Assembly: GCA_002269645.1 (NCBI GenBank)
Contig: NIVC01000385.1
Coordinates: 62,001-126,000 of the forward strand
DNA from: Macrostomum lignano
Taxonomy: Eukaryota
DNA: 64,000 nt
Direction of reading: 5' to 3'
A model generated the notes under the pieces. That model did no database searches. It saw nothing but the letters and a program-made list of their open reading frames with translations, and had not been told where the DNA came from. Shown here piece by piece: positions 51,370-61,422 of this stretch (its first letter is position 1; every line of letters begins with the position of its first letter). The position numbers and the translations under genes are program-made.

Positions 51370-51700
51370 TTAACCAGCATCAGATGCTTTCAATGTCGGA
51401 ATTGGCATTCCCTCCTCCATCAGAAACTTTTTAAACCTTTGAATATGTTGTTCCGTCTGCTTGGCGGTAGGCTTTCGCTTGCTATCCTCCTCTGCCTGTC
51501 GCAGAAGATTTTGTTCTTCAGAGGTCAACTCACGCAACAGAGAAATGTCGTCAACGTTGGTTGGATCACGGAGTTCCTTGTCGTTGAGGCGTTCCAGGTT
51601 CTCAGTATAAAGGCCTGCCCATTGGCCGATTGGGACGCGGTATCCTCGCGGTTTACAAGACGAACGACAAAATCCAACTAATCGCCAGTCAAAACGCCTA
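51370..51700 (-). mobile_element. Probable Crypton N-terminal fragment
   Basis: RELTSEEQNLLRQAEEDSKRKPTAKQTEQHIQRFKKFLMEEG resembles the Crypton N-terminal helix pattern (LT.EE..L....K.T.K.T....F..FL.E). Confidence 0.45.
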
Positions 51701-51973
51701 TTTCGTTTTTGCGTATTATGTCGTAGCGCAACATGATGCAAAATCGAAAAAAATACTGTAGAGAAAATGAAGAAATAATCGCGGAATACGTCAGGCTACT
51801 ATATATAGAATAGGGGTCCTTCGTAGAAATTTTTACCAAAGACAGTGACAGCGGGCGCAAAATGAAGTCAATCTATAGAAGTGAAGGCGTTTTTGTCATA
51901 GACAGTTGCAGCGAGCGCGAAATATCATTTCGTGCCCGCTATAGTTGCTGGCTCTGTATGCCATAATAATATA

Positions 51974-52886
51974 GGATTTTTCGTTTGATTTCATAAAATT
52001 GTCATTTGATTTCGTCCATAGAAGTTGGCAGCGCGGCCATAGAGTCTATGGCAATAAAGTGCGCTGTTTTCCGATTGAATTCATAACTTTGCCACTTCAT
52101 TTCGACTTGACGCGCGGAGTGACTCAAACACTGCCAGAGGGCTGGGATATCAGTGGGTGAATATCTATGGCCAAACCTCTCATAGAAATGAAAAGCCTAT
52201 ATGAACGTGTCCTCTTCTTGGGCAACAGTCACCTTCCTTGTGTGTCTAAAAATGGCTGCATACGCGTTCATTGGAAACGTATAAACGCGGCCAATCGTAT
52301 TCAACTGCGAACTCTGCCACCGTACTCTCCATTTCTTAACGCCGCGGAGCAGGCACACAGTTGTCTCAAGGCTTCGCTTAAACGCCAGCTAGCAACACCT
52401 GAGCTTCAACAGGAACTTAGCTATCCGCCTGATGGCATCAACCTAACGCAGTGGAGACTCATGGTGCTTTTCCGCTGCGGCTACGTTGCACTAGAGGAAA
52501 TTTCCGCCGCGAAGTGCCTTGCCTGGGAACGACATGTGATGCGGTTTCTGCCCCTGTGCATCAATGAGCAGCAGATAATGTGAAATTTGTAGCTTGTTGC
52601 AGCGAACGAGCATTAACTTTGGCGGACATAACTGATTTCACTGTTGCAACTGCCCACTTCCTCATGTGACTTAATACACAGCTTTCTGTTTTTAACAGTT
52701 CTTTCTGTACTGGACAAGCGCATCGACTTTTCTGTTGCCTTTCTACTGGGTATGTCGAAATGAAGTGGCAAAGTTATGAATTCAATTGGAAAACAGCGCA
52801 CTTTATTGCCATAGACTCTATGGCCGCGCTGCCAACTTCTATGGACGAAATCAAATGACAATTTTATGAAATCAAACGAAAAATCC
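51974..52886 (+). mobile_element. Internally deleted IS630-Tc1-type DNA transposon, 133-bp TIRs, TA TSD
   Basis: TA|GGATTTTTCG...CGAAAAATCC|TA, with inverted repeats at 51974-52106 and 52754-52886. Internal ORF 52167-52583 retains only the DDE C-terminus (IQLRTLPPYSPFLNAAEQAHSCLKASLK). Confidence 0.9.
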
Positions 52887-52890
52887 TATA

Positions 52891-52979
52891 ATATGAATAG
52901 GCTGCTTCGGGCAGAAATGAGCGAAACGGTCGAGGCGCGGAGCGCTCGCTCATTTCTGCCCTAAGCAGCCCATCCATAT
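52891..52979. repeat. Small hairpin element abutting the transposon end
   Basis: GGCTGCTTCGGGCAGAAATGAGCGA (52900-) pairs with TCGCTCATTTCTGCCCTAAGCAGCC (-52970), with one mismatch and a ~21-nt loop. Confidence 0.8.
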
Positions 52980-53026
52980 TGGTATATTATCTAAAAGCAT
53001 TGACTAATGCTCTCCCAAGAAAGCTT

Positions 53027-53747
53027 CTATGTTCGCTTCGCTCCTCAGGAAGCGACACTCAAAAGAATTCCCATAGATTTTTTAGACTAAACATTTACAC
53101 ACGAAGCGCTAATTCTTATATATCTAAATCTAAGCTGTATCTGTCTGTCTGTCTGTCTGTCTGTGCGATAGATAATAGAAAAACGGCTCAACCGATTTTC
53201 ACCAGACTTGCACCATTCGATCAGAAATTTTTCCGTGACGGTACATGGGTTGTGGCTAAGAGATTGCTTCATTTTAAAGGGATTAAATATTCGAAAAACT
53301 GTATTTTCCCTATCTAATTAGTGTATTTTTCTTGCAGTGAGAGCTCAATACGTCTATGGCCATAGACTAAACTTCAATTCTTGAGCTGATGCTATGAGTT
53401 ATAAATAGCTATACCTAGCTTATTAAATTGTAAAATTTATGAATATCTTTCTTTGTCTTCAACTTGAATTGTTTGAATCCGGAACTGATTGTTTGAATGT
53501 TTTTTGAGATGTCAAGGCTTACTGGGAGCATTGCTAAGATGTTATTGTCAAGGCGTACAGCTGGGGGAATCGTTGAGATGCCAGGGCTTACTGGAAGCAC
53601 TGGTCTATTCTTTAATATATTAGCAATATTTTCATTTTCCCCCGAACAGGCTGGATTGCTAGTAACACTAAATATGCACGAGTTTAGTCTAAAAAATCTA
53701 TGGGAATTATTTTGCGTGTCGCTTCCTGAGGAGCGAAGTGAACATAG
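53027..53747. repeat. 66-bp inverted repeat pair enclosing a Helitron/Helentron-like fragment
   Basis: 53027-53092 and 53682-53747 are imperfect reverse complements. Inside, TCTTATATATCTAAA..(GTCT)n..AAAACGGCTCAACCGATTTT at ~53113-53200 resembles the ends of non-autonomous Helitron/DINE-like elements (recalled pattern). Confidence 0.6.
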
Positions 53748-55140
53748 GGGCAATCCTTGGCTCTCCCCATACACGTTTTTGGTCATACATGTGTAGATAT
53801 TCGTCGAAGCATGGGTTGAATATGGTCTCCCCCTATTCCGCTAGAACCTGGTTGCGCTTCTATCGATTGATGCCATTTGAGCTCGCACCAAAACATTTTT
53901 CAAGGAAGACGTCCCACATTTACTATAGATCGATCGATATATGAAACTATGGGCATTTTTAATCATCTTTGATTCATTTTTTCTGAGTCTTTTAATCAAG
54001 CAGGAATTGTAAGATTACAGTCATCAGTTTGACTGCCTCAGCGTCTGATCTGAGTTATTGGACCGTGGATCTATTCAATTCAATTGGTACGCTAGCAGCA
54101 TGCAGTCAGGTCTTTTACTGCGCAAATGACTGGGGTGGCCCATAAATTCCTTTTATTGCCTCACCAGGCTCCACAGTGTGGGATAGAATTGCTGCTAAAA
54201 GCATAGTGTGACACTTGGTGCGTAGCTGATCGCAAATGCGATGATGATGCTCGACTGAGTTTACGCAGGACAATCATAATACACACTAAACATTTTTATC
54301 TCCTAAAGTTGCAAATGCCAAATACGGAATTCATTTTAGAGAGAAATATTTCTCCCTACCTAGATTGGAGACATTAGAACAGCATTAGAATATTTTCTAG
54401 CACCTGGATTAGCAATTGATTTTCCAAAGTCTTTAACAATTCCTGCGTCACTGCCCCAGCACCAGACAATTGATTTACGCTAATTTTATCCTTTTGCCTG
54501 TGGTTGCTTGATCACAAAACTTAATCGTATCTCTACTAAAGCAAAACTCGATAGGTTAGCAATTTCTTTAGTCACAGGAAATCGGGACATCAACAGGCTA
54601 GAATCTTTTTTAAAAGCGTGGAAAATTTGAAACTTTTGCTGCTTTGAAATTCAAAACTTATTTTCCCACTTTCAGGTAAACATCAGCTAAAAAGACTGGT
54701 TTAAATCATTCAGCAGAACTGTAAAACCCAGTAGGTCTGGTTTATACGATTAGTTTCCGTTAATAATAAAGCGGTTGCGGAAGCACAAATCGTGTAGGTC
54801 TTCACTGTATTTACTGTGCCACAGAAATGCGCAGGAACCCTAATTCTTCTACAATAGATTGTGAATCCTGATATCATTAATACATTCCCCCTCCGTAATC
54901 AGCCGTTAGAGCAGAATCCCATTAATCTGCTACATATTTGCAGTTTTCATCGAACCTTTATTTGTCCACTAACTACACTTTTGCTTAATTGTAGCCCTGT
55001 ATGATTCAACTTGTTCTATGGTAAACATCTAATTTTTTAGGAAAATTTGGTGTCGGAAAATTATTCCGGAGGCGAGTTATTAAAGTAAGAAGCATATGCG
55101 TATTCTCTAATGCAAAAGTTGTCTATGGCATTATACAGTA

Positions 55141-55810
55141 GCTTCTGTCTATGGCATATGGCTGTTTATGGCATGTGGCTGCTGTCTATGGCATATGGCT
55201 GTTTATGGCATGCGGCTGCTGTCTATGGCATATGGCTGCTTATGGCATGTGGCTTCTGTCTATGGCATATGGCTGCTTATGGCATATGGCTGCTGTCGAT
55301 TGCATATGGCTACTTATGGCATGTGGCTGCTGTCTATGGCATATGGCTGCTTGTGGAATGTGGCTGCTGTCTATGGCATGTGGCTGCTGTCTATGGCATA
55401 TGGCTGCTTATGGCATGTGGCTGCTGTCTATGGCATATGGTTTCTTATAGCATGTGGCTTCTGTCTATGGCATATGGAGCCTGCTTATGGCATGTGGCTG
55501 CTGTCTATGGCATATGGTTGCTTATAGCATGTGGCTTCTGTCTATGGCATATGGCTGCTTATGGCATGTGGCTGCTGTCTATGGCATATGGCTGCTTATG
55601 GCATGTGGCTGCTGTCTATGGCATATGGCTGCTTATGGCATGTGGCTGCTGTCTATGGCATATGGCTGCTTATGGCATGTGGCTTCTGTCTATGGCATAT
55701 GGCTGCTTATGGCATGTGGCTGCTGTCTATGGCATATGGCTGCTTATGGCATGTGGCTGCTGTCTATGGCATATGGCTGCTTATGGCATGTGGCTGCTGT
55801 CTATGGCATT
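55141..55810. repeat. 37-bp (17+20) minisatellite containing GTCTATGG
   Basis: Alternating GGCATATGGCTGCTTAT and GGCATGTGGCTGCTGTCTAT sub-units. Confidence 0.93.
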
Positions 55811-56429
55811 CGAACGAATGATGGTCTGCTAATTGGTTTGATTCGAAAATACATTAGATTTGTTCTCTCGCACTGGGAAAGTTTTCAAACCATTCCAGGT
55901 CATGATTCGAGTCATAAATAAAGCTTCGTTTAAAGTTGCTCTGAGTAGTTTTGCTGACTGCTAATGTGGAGTTTAGGCTGATTGCGTCTGCTCTGAGTAG
56001 TTTAGCTTGCACATAGCCCTAGCTATAGCTCGATTTGGGAGATTCAAGGGAAAATGTCGGATAAATAGATTAAAAGAGCGAAAAAAGAGCAGAGGTGAAT
56101 GATGTTTGATCTTTTGCCTCTGGAATTGGTGAAGATGGAAAAGTTTTTCCCTCCCATCGTCAGCTTTTCACGGGTCACTGGTTTGATTAGTCTGTGATGC
56201 CCGGCTGACTGTGGGACTTTGCATAAAAATTTGGAAGGGCAGTTGGCCAGATTGATTGGAGGGGAAATGCATGCATGAGCTGTCAAAAGATTTAGCCTTT
56301 TAAAAAGTTTTCAATATATTAGTTAGACTTGACTTGAGGTATTATAAGCTACACAGCAGTCGCTGAATGCTGATGGATTAAACATATTGCAAAAAAAGTT
56401 CGGGCAAATGTTTTCATTTCAAACGGCTG

Positions 56430-57060
56430 CTAGTTAGGCGCCCCTATCTCCTACGCTCCTAGTTAAGCGCCCCTATCTCCTACGCTCCTAGTTAGGCGCC
56501 CCTATCTCCTACGGCTCCTAGTTAGGCGCCCCTATCTCCTAAGGCTCCTAGCTAGGCGCCCTATCTATTTTATTAGAGGCAGGGGGATGTGTGCACCCTG
56601 GCGCACTTTAAGCGACATAGGCACACAACCGGCGAGAGGCATTACTGCCCATTCCGCCGACTCCCCTGAGCAGGCATACAAGCGCGCGGATACGTACGCA
56701 GGCACACACTCACACAGGAGTGTACAGCGGCCCTAACTTTATTTTATCGTTAGGCATGTACACTTCACTGCGCCTTGGGGGGTTGGCTCTCAAGGCCGTT
56801 AATTACACGAGCAGAGCCAAGCCGAGATTCCAATTGAGCCCCAAATTAATGTGACTGCAATTGGAATCGAGCCTGGGTCGCTGGCACACCAGAGCAGCTG
56901 CGCTACCGCTGGGCTACGGCCCCCTGCGCCCCTATCTCCTACGGCTCCTAGTTAGGCGCCCCTATCTCCTAAGGCTCCTAGTTAGGCGCCCCTATCTCCT
57001 AAGGCTCCTAGTTAGGCGCCCCTATCTCATACGGCTCCTAGTTAGGCGCCCCTATCTCCT
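56430..57060. repeat. 30-bp minisatellite (~9 units) interrupted by a SINE
   Basis: CTAGTTAGGCGCCCCTATCTCCTA(C/A)GGCTC units occur on both sides of 56567-56925. Confidence 0.92.
56567..56925 (-). mobile_element. tRNA-derived SINE, full-length young copy
   Basis: Highly similar along its length to 3470-3840. Flanked by GCGCCCTATCT (56556-56566) and GCGCCCCTATCT (56926-56937). Confidence 0.92.
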
Positions 57061-58784
57061 TGGCCGGTGAATGTCATGTCCAAGATGAGGCAAACGTCGA
57101 GCTCCTGCCAGTCGTCGAGCTTGGCTAACTCTCTCATTCAGTTTTAAGAGGAGCGCATTTTTACGGAGGGCGCAATTACTGTAGGCGTGATTGGGCCGGG
57201 GACAGCCCTCTGGGCCCCTCTTTCACCGTAAAATTAAGAAATATACTTTTTTTACTTATTATTTTATTGCTACTTGCAGTAGTTGTAGTTAAAGATTTTA
57301 TTGTTGTGCGGTTGTGCCTAGAAAAAGCTCGTAAGCTGATATGCTATTGCTGGTGAGGTGAGGTTAAACTGAGATGCGGATGACGAAAGAAAGCATCTCA
57401 TATTTAGCATTAAACTGAGACGAAGATAAATTTAAATTTCAGAATAAAGCAAAATCAGAGAAAAAATATTTACTAATATTCTCACAGAAACAATAACTCA
57501 CAAACAAAGAGTTTATTTATTTCAAATAGACTTATAACTTACTTCACGAAAAAAGCATACTGTAAAGACGGCACATGACAGTGGGGCTAAAATGGCTAAA
57601 ATAAGACAACAACAAAGCGTTGGAACGGAAATGCACGAAGCACAGTACAACACAGCTGGGTAATGTACCTGACTAGGTGTCTACAAAACACACATATATA
57701 TATATATCAATAATATAGCTAATGTATGAAACAAATATAGCGCAAGTGCAAACAAAAAGTAATAAAGAGATCACACACATGCTACGTCAAAGAAAACAGT
57801 AAAAAAATAACAGGCCCCCCAAAACAAGCTTACAATTGGCTCGAAAAGCAAACATTGCCAATTTTCAAAGGATAAGCTTTTCGGGACACCCGTTCAGCGA
57901 TTATTATTATTAATAATTCAACAATAAAGCTGTGCATTGTAAAATCTAAATTTTGTGCACATAATATCACAGATTTAATTCAGCAAAAGATCTTTCCGAT
58001 AGCTTTGTTTTTGAGATCGGTAAAAAGCCAAATAATCAAAGCCAGATAAAGACACAACAGCCTACTTATTCGAATGTTGGAAACAAATAAATTTTAAATA
58101 TGAAACTTAAACACTCAAGCAATAAAACGTTGACTGGAGTCGCCAGTAAAGAAATAGCTAATAAACTAAACCATAAATAAAACTACATATTAGCGTGTAA
58201 AATTATTTTTCGAATAAAGCAATGCGATAGAGATGGAATATTAAAAAATGGCAGACAGATCAAACTGCAAATGCCGATAACATATAATAGCATTAGACTA
58301 TTCAGAATTTGAATATTCCTAAAGATAGAATGACTTCGAATTAACTGAACAAATTTTCAGTTAATATTAAGTAAAAATAGTTTTGAACGAAAGCACGACA
58401 AGAAAACGCAAATTGTAACGTTAAAAAAGAATAAGAAGCACATTATAGCATCGTTGTACTGTGTGAGTTGTTAACAATACTCGAATAATAAATAGTGGCT
58501 CAACAAAAACAGCAAAGACAATTAAATTAAAACAAACTGTCCATAATATTGTGCAGAACAACACCAGCTGGCAGAGGGCGTAATTAAACTTTTTGAATTT
58601 TAGTTGTTTTCTGTAAGCTCCGCAACTGAGCACAATAGCATGTGCGAAGACGGTTAAGAACTGTTATTTGGACACACAATTGAAGCAGCTCACAATTAGC
58701 ATACAGTAGCGTAGCAAACTTCCCGCGCTTACTAAAAATACAAAAAAATATTAGCAGAAGTGTAGCAGAAGTGTAGCACAATGC

Positions 58785-58932
58785 ATTGCCTCCGGCGAGA
58801 AATCAGCACTGAGGCAATCCTGCCCATTCCGGTGCACTCATATGCACACGCTCACACAGGGTGTACAGAGGTCCTGACCTTCCAATCGTCAGGCATGTAC
58901 AGTCTCTGTGCCTTGGGGTTGGCCCTCATGGG
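58785..58932 (-). mobile_element. Diverged SINE core fragment
   Basis: CCGGCGAGA..CCCATTCCGG..CACACAGGGTGTACAGAGGTCCTGAC..GTCAGGCATGTACA..GTGCCTTGGGGTTGGCCCTCA. Confidence 0.7.
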
Positions 58933-59285
58933 TTTGACCATTTATTTAATACAATTGTAACATTGAATAATGCTTATTTGAAAGTTTCATCATATAACTA
59001 TAGTCATCAAAGCCCTTTAGGATTAGCATTCTAATACATTATTCGCAGACGAATTGTCCAAAACAGAGAACTTGGAAATCAGATTTTGCAAGCATTCATC
59101 ACTACTCGTAAGTAGATGATGATTGCACATCGTCGAGTCCAAAACTATTTAACAATATAGGATCCTGTAGTATACAGTCCTTTCGTTGTGCTCTCTAACA
59201 CAAGCAAACGGTCTTGGGCTAATCACATTGATGGATGGTCACGAATCTCGGTAACGGAGGCTCTTCTAATACAGCTGGCGAAAGC

Positions 59286-59797
59286 TCACTCGAGATCATC
59301 TGGCACAAGCCGCGGGTCCAGCTGTCGGCTCTGGTGGTACTTGCCCCGCTCAGCGTAATCTTCGTTGTCCTGTGTCAGTAGCGCGCCCTCGGTGCCGGGC
59401 TTTGGCGGAGGTCTAGCGGACACTATGCCGAAACCGCCAGCGCTGCCGCCGTGGCCGCCGCCACCGCGGCGCAGGGACTGAATCCAGCCGATAAGAGAAA
59501 AGTCAGCAACGCCCGGACTGGCGCCGGGGCAGAAGTGACCAACGTAGACGTGCAGGCCAACAACCAGCAGGCTGGTGACCAGAGCGTAGATCCAGTTGAT
59601 GGCCAGCATGACAGCTAGGCAGGCGCAGCAGGAGAACAGAGACAGCCAGCCGTTGGCCAAGCGAGACCAGACAGTTGAGACTTCGGCTTTGAGCGGCGCC
59701 TCGTCTGGCCCGCGATTTGAAGCAGGGCCAGCGTCAGGAAACAGCGTGTCCAAGTCGCCGCCAGTCCCAGCTTGCTGATCGGACTTGCTGTTGCGAC
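59286..59797 (-). CDS. SLC12A8: SLC12A8 exon 2 (C-terminus)
   Basis: GTGGCAG| acceptor, phase 1. Reads NGWLSLFSCCACLAVMLAINWIYALV..YVGHFCPGASPGVADFSL..DYAERGKYHQS, the short SLC12A8-type tail. Confidence 0.88.
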
Positions 59798-60083
59798 CTG
59801 CCACGTGGGGAGAAACGAGTTGTTACGTAATCAGAATGATAGGCATGCTTTCGATTCTCTCTCGCAGCTAAATATAAGAGCTCTTTAAGGAACTTTTATC
59901 ACGAACTGATTCCTTAACCCTACGCTACAATTATTAGTAGTTAAGATTGCTGGCACCAATTTATTCCGGCAAATATTATTTCTGAATAGTAGAGAAATCA
60001 TAAAAATTATTTTAGCATGAACTGATTAATGGTTAAATATGACTGGAAATATACAATTTTGCTGCATAAAAACAACTACTCAC

Positions 60084-61422
60084 CTATGTGTTGGCAGCCA
60101 ATTTTTTTACTCATCTCCAGGGCAAAGTTAGCGTAGCAAACTGTGGCGTACGTGGCTAAGAACGGCATGGCCACAATGGGCGCCAGGATATTGAGGCTGC
60201 CGGCTATGTTGAAAGCAATTGTGACAACGGCTACCGCAATCAGGGCGTAGATCGGCACCTGGGCGCTGAATTTGTGCACTGACAGGTGACGCAAACCGGG
60301 TAGCTGCGTGCTGTGAGCGATGGCTGACAGCACCCGAGAAGCAGCTGTCAGGCCACCCAGCGCCGAACTCAGGGAGCTCACGTATAGGCCACACAGAAAC
60401 ACGGGACCTAGCAGAGAAACCTGCTGACCAATCAGATAGTCGGACTGAAGCGCTACTCTGGAGCAGGTGGCACCAAGGACAATCACGAAGGTAACGTACA
60501 AAACGAAGCTGGCTCCGATGGCGGACATAGTTCCAGTTGGAATGCTGCGCAGCGGATCGGCAAGATCCCCAGCCATGTTGACACCAGCCAGGACGCCTGT
60601 GATGGTGGGAAAGAACACGCCTAGCACAGTCAGGAAAGTCTCTCCCTCGGAGAACTCTGGCCGAGTATTGTTTTCAACTGCGCCACTGCCGTAACCAAGG
60701 ACGCCGTTGTCATTTGTGACACTGCCGCGAAAACCAGATCCAATGACGAAGTCGAAAACAGCTAGCACGACAACCGCCAGCAGGAGCAGCTGCAAGCGGA
60801 TGACCCACTTGACGCCGGCACCAGCGACGGCAAGCAGAGTGGCGGTCAAGACTAAGGCAAAAGCGCGAGAGGCCCAGTCGCTGCCTACAATACCAAACAT
60901 GTTGGCAACGGACTCCCCGAGGCCAGCAGTACACAGAGAGACGCCAATAGCTTGACCGAGGCAATAAACCAGGCCAATGGTGGAGCCAAATTTGTCACCA
61001 AGCACGCGGCCAAGCAGGCTGTGCACTCCGCCAGACTCAACGCCGCATTGGAGGCAGACACCGATGGCACTAAGTGCGGTGAGAAGGCCAACAGTGGCAG
61101 TCAGACAGCAGGCCAGGAGCGCCAGTGGAAGGCCAGCCTGACCAACCAGCCAGCCAGCGCGCAGAAATACCAGAGTGCCGAAGATGTTCATCACGCAGGA
61201 GGTAAACACGCCATCCCAGGTGCCAAAAGTGACACGCTGTGTTGTGATAAGAAAGTTCGCCTTCCACCAGGGCTGCTGCTCGCTGTCAGAGTCAATTTCG
61301 CGGTAGAGTTCATTGTGCTGCACTGGCACTGAAGCAGGCTGTCCCTGGGTTTCTTTGGTTGGTAAACCACTGCTAGCACCAGCAGTGGCTGATAGTAGAC
61401 CTTCTTTTTCTACACTGCTCAT
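60084..61422 (-). CDS. SLC12A8: SLC12A8 (cation-chloride cotransporter 9), exon 1
   Basis: ATG at 61422 (MSSVEKEG). Reads PWWKANFL..FGTWDGVFTSCVMNIFGTLVFLRAGWLVGQAG and VFFPTITGVLAGVNMAGDLADPLRSIPTGT. Donor G|GTGAGT, phase 1. Confidence 0.93.

Noticed and set aside
55110-55921. Cys/Trp/Met-rich ORFs
   Set aside because: They are translations of the 37-bp minisatellite in all three frames.
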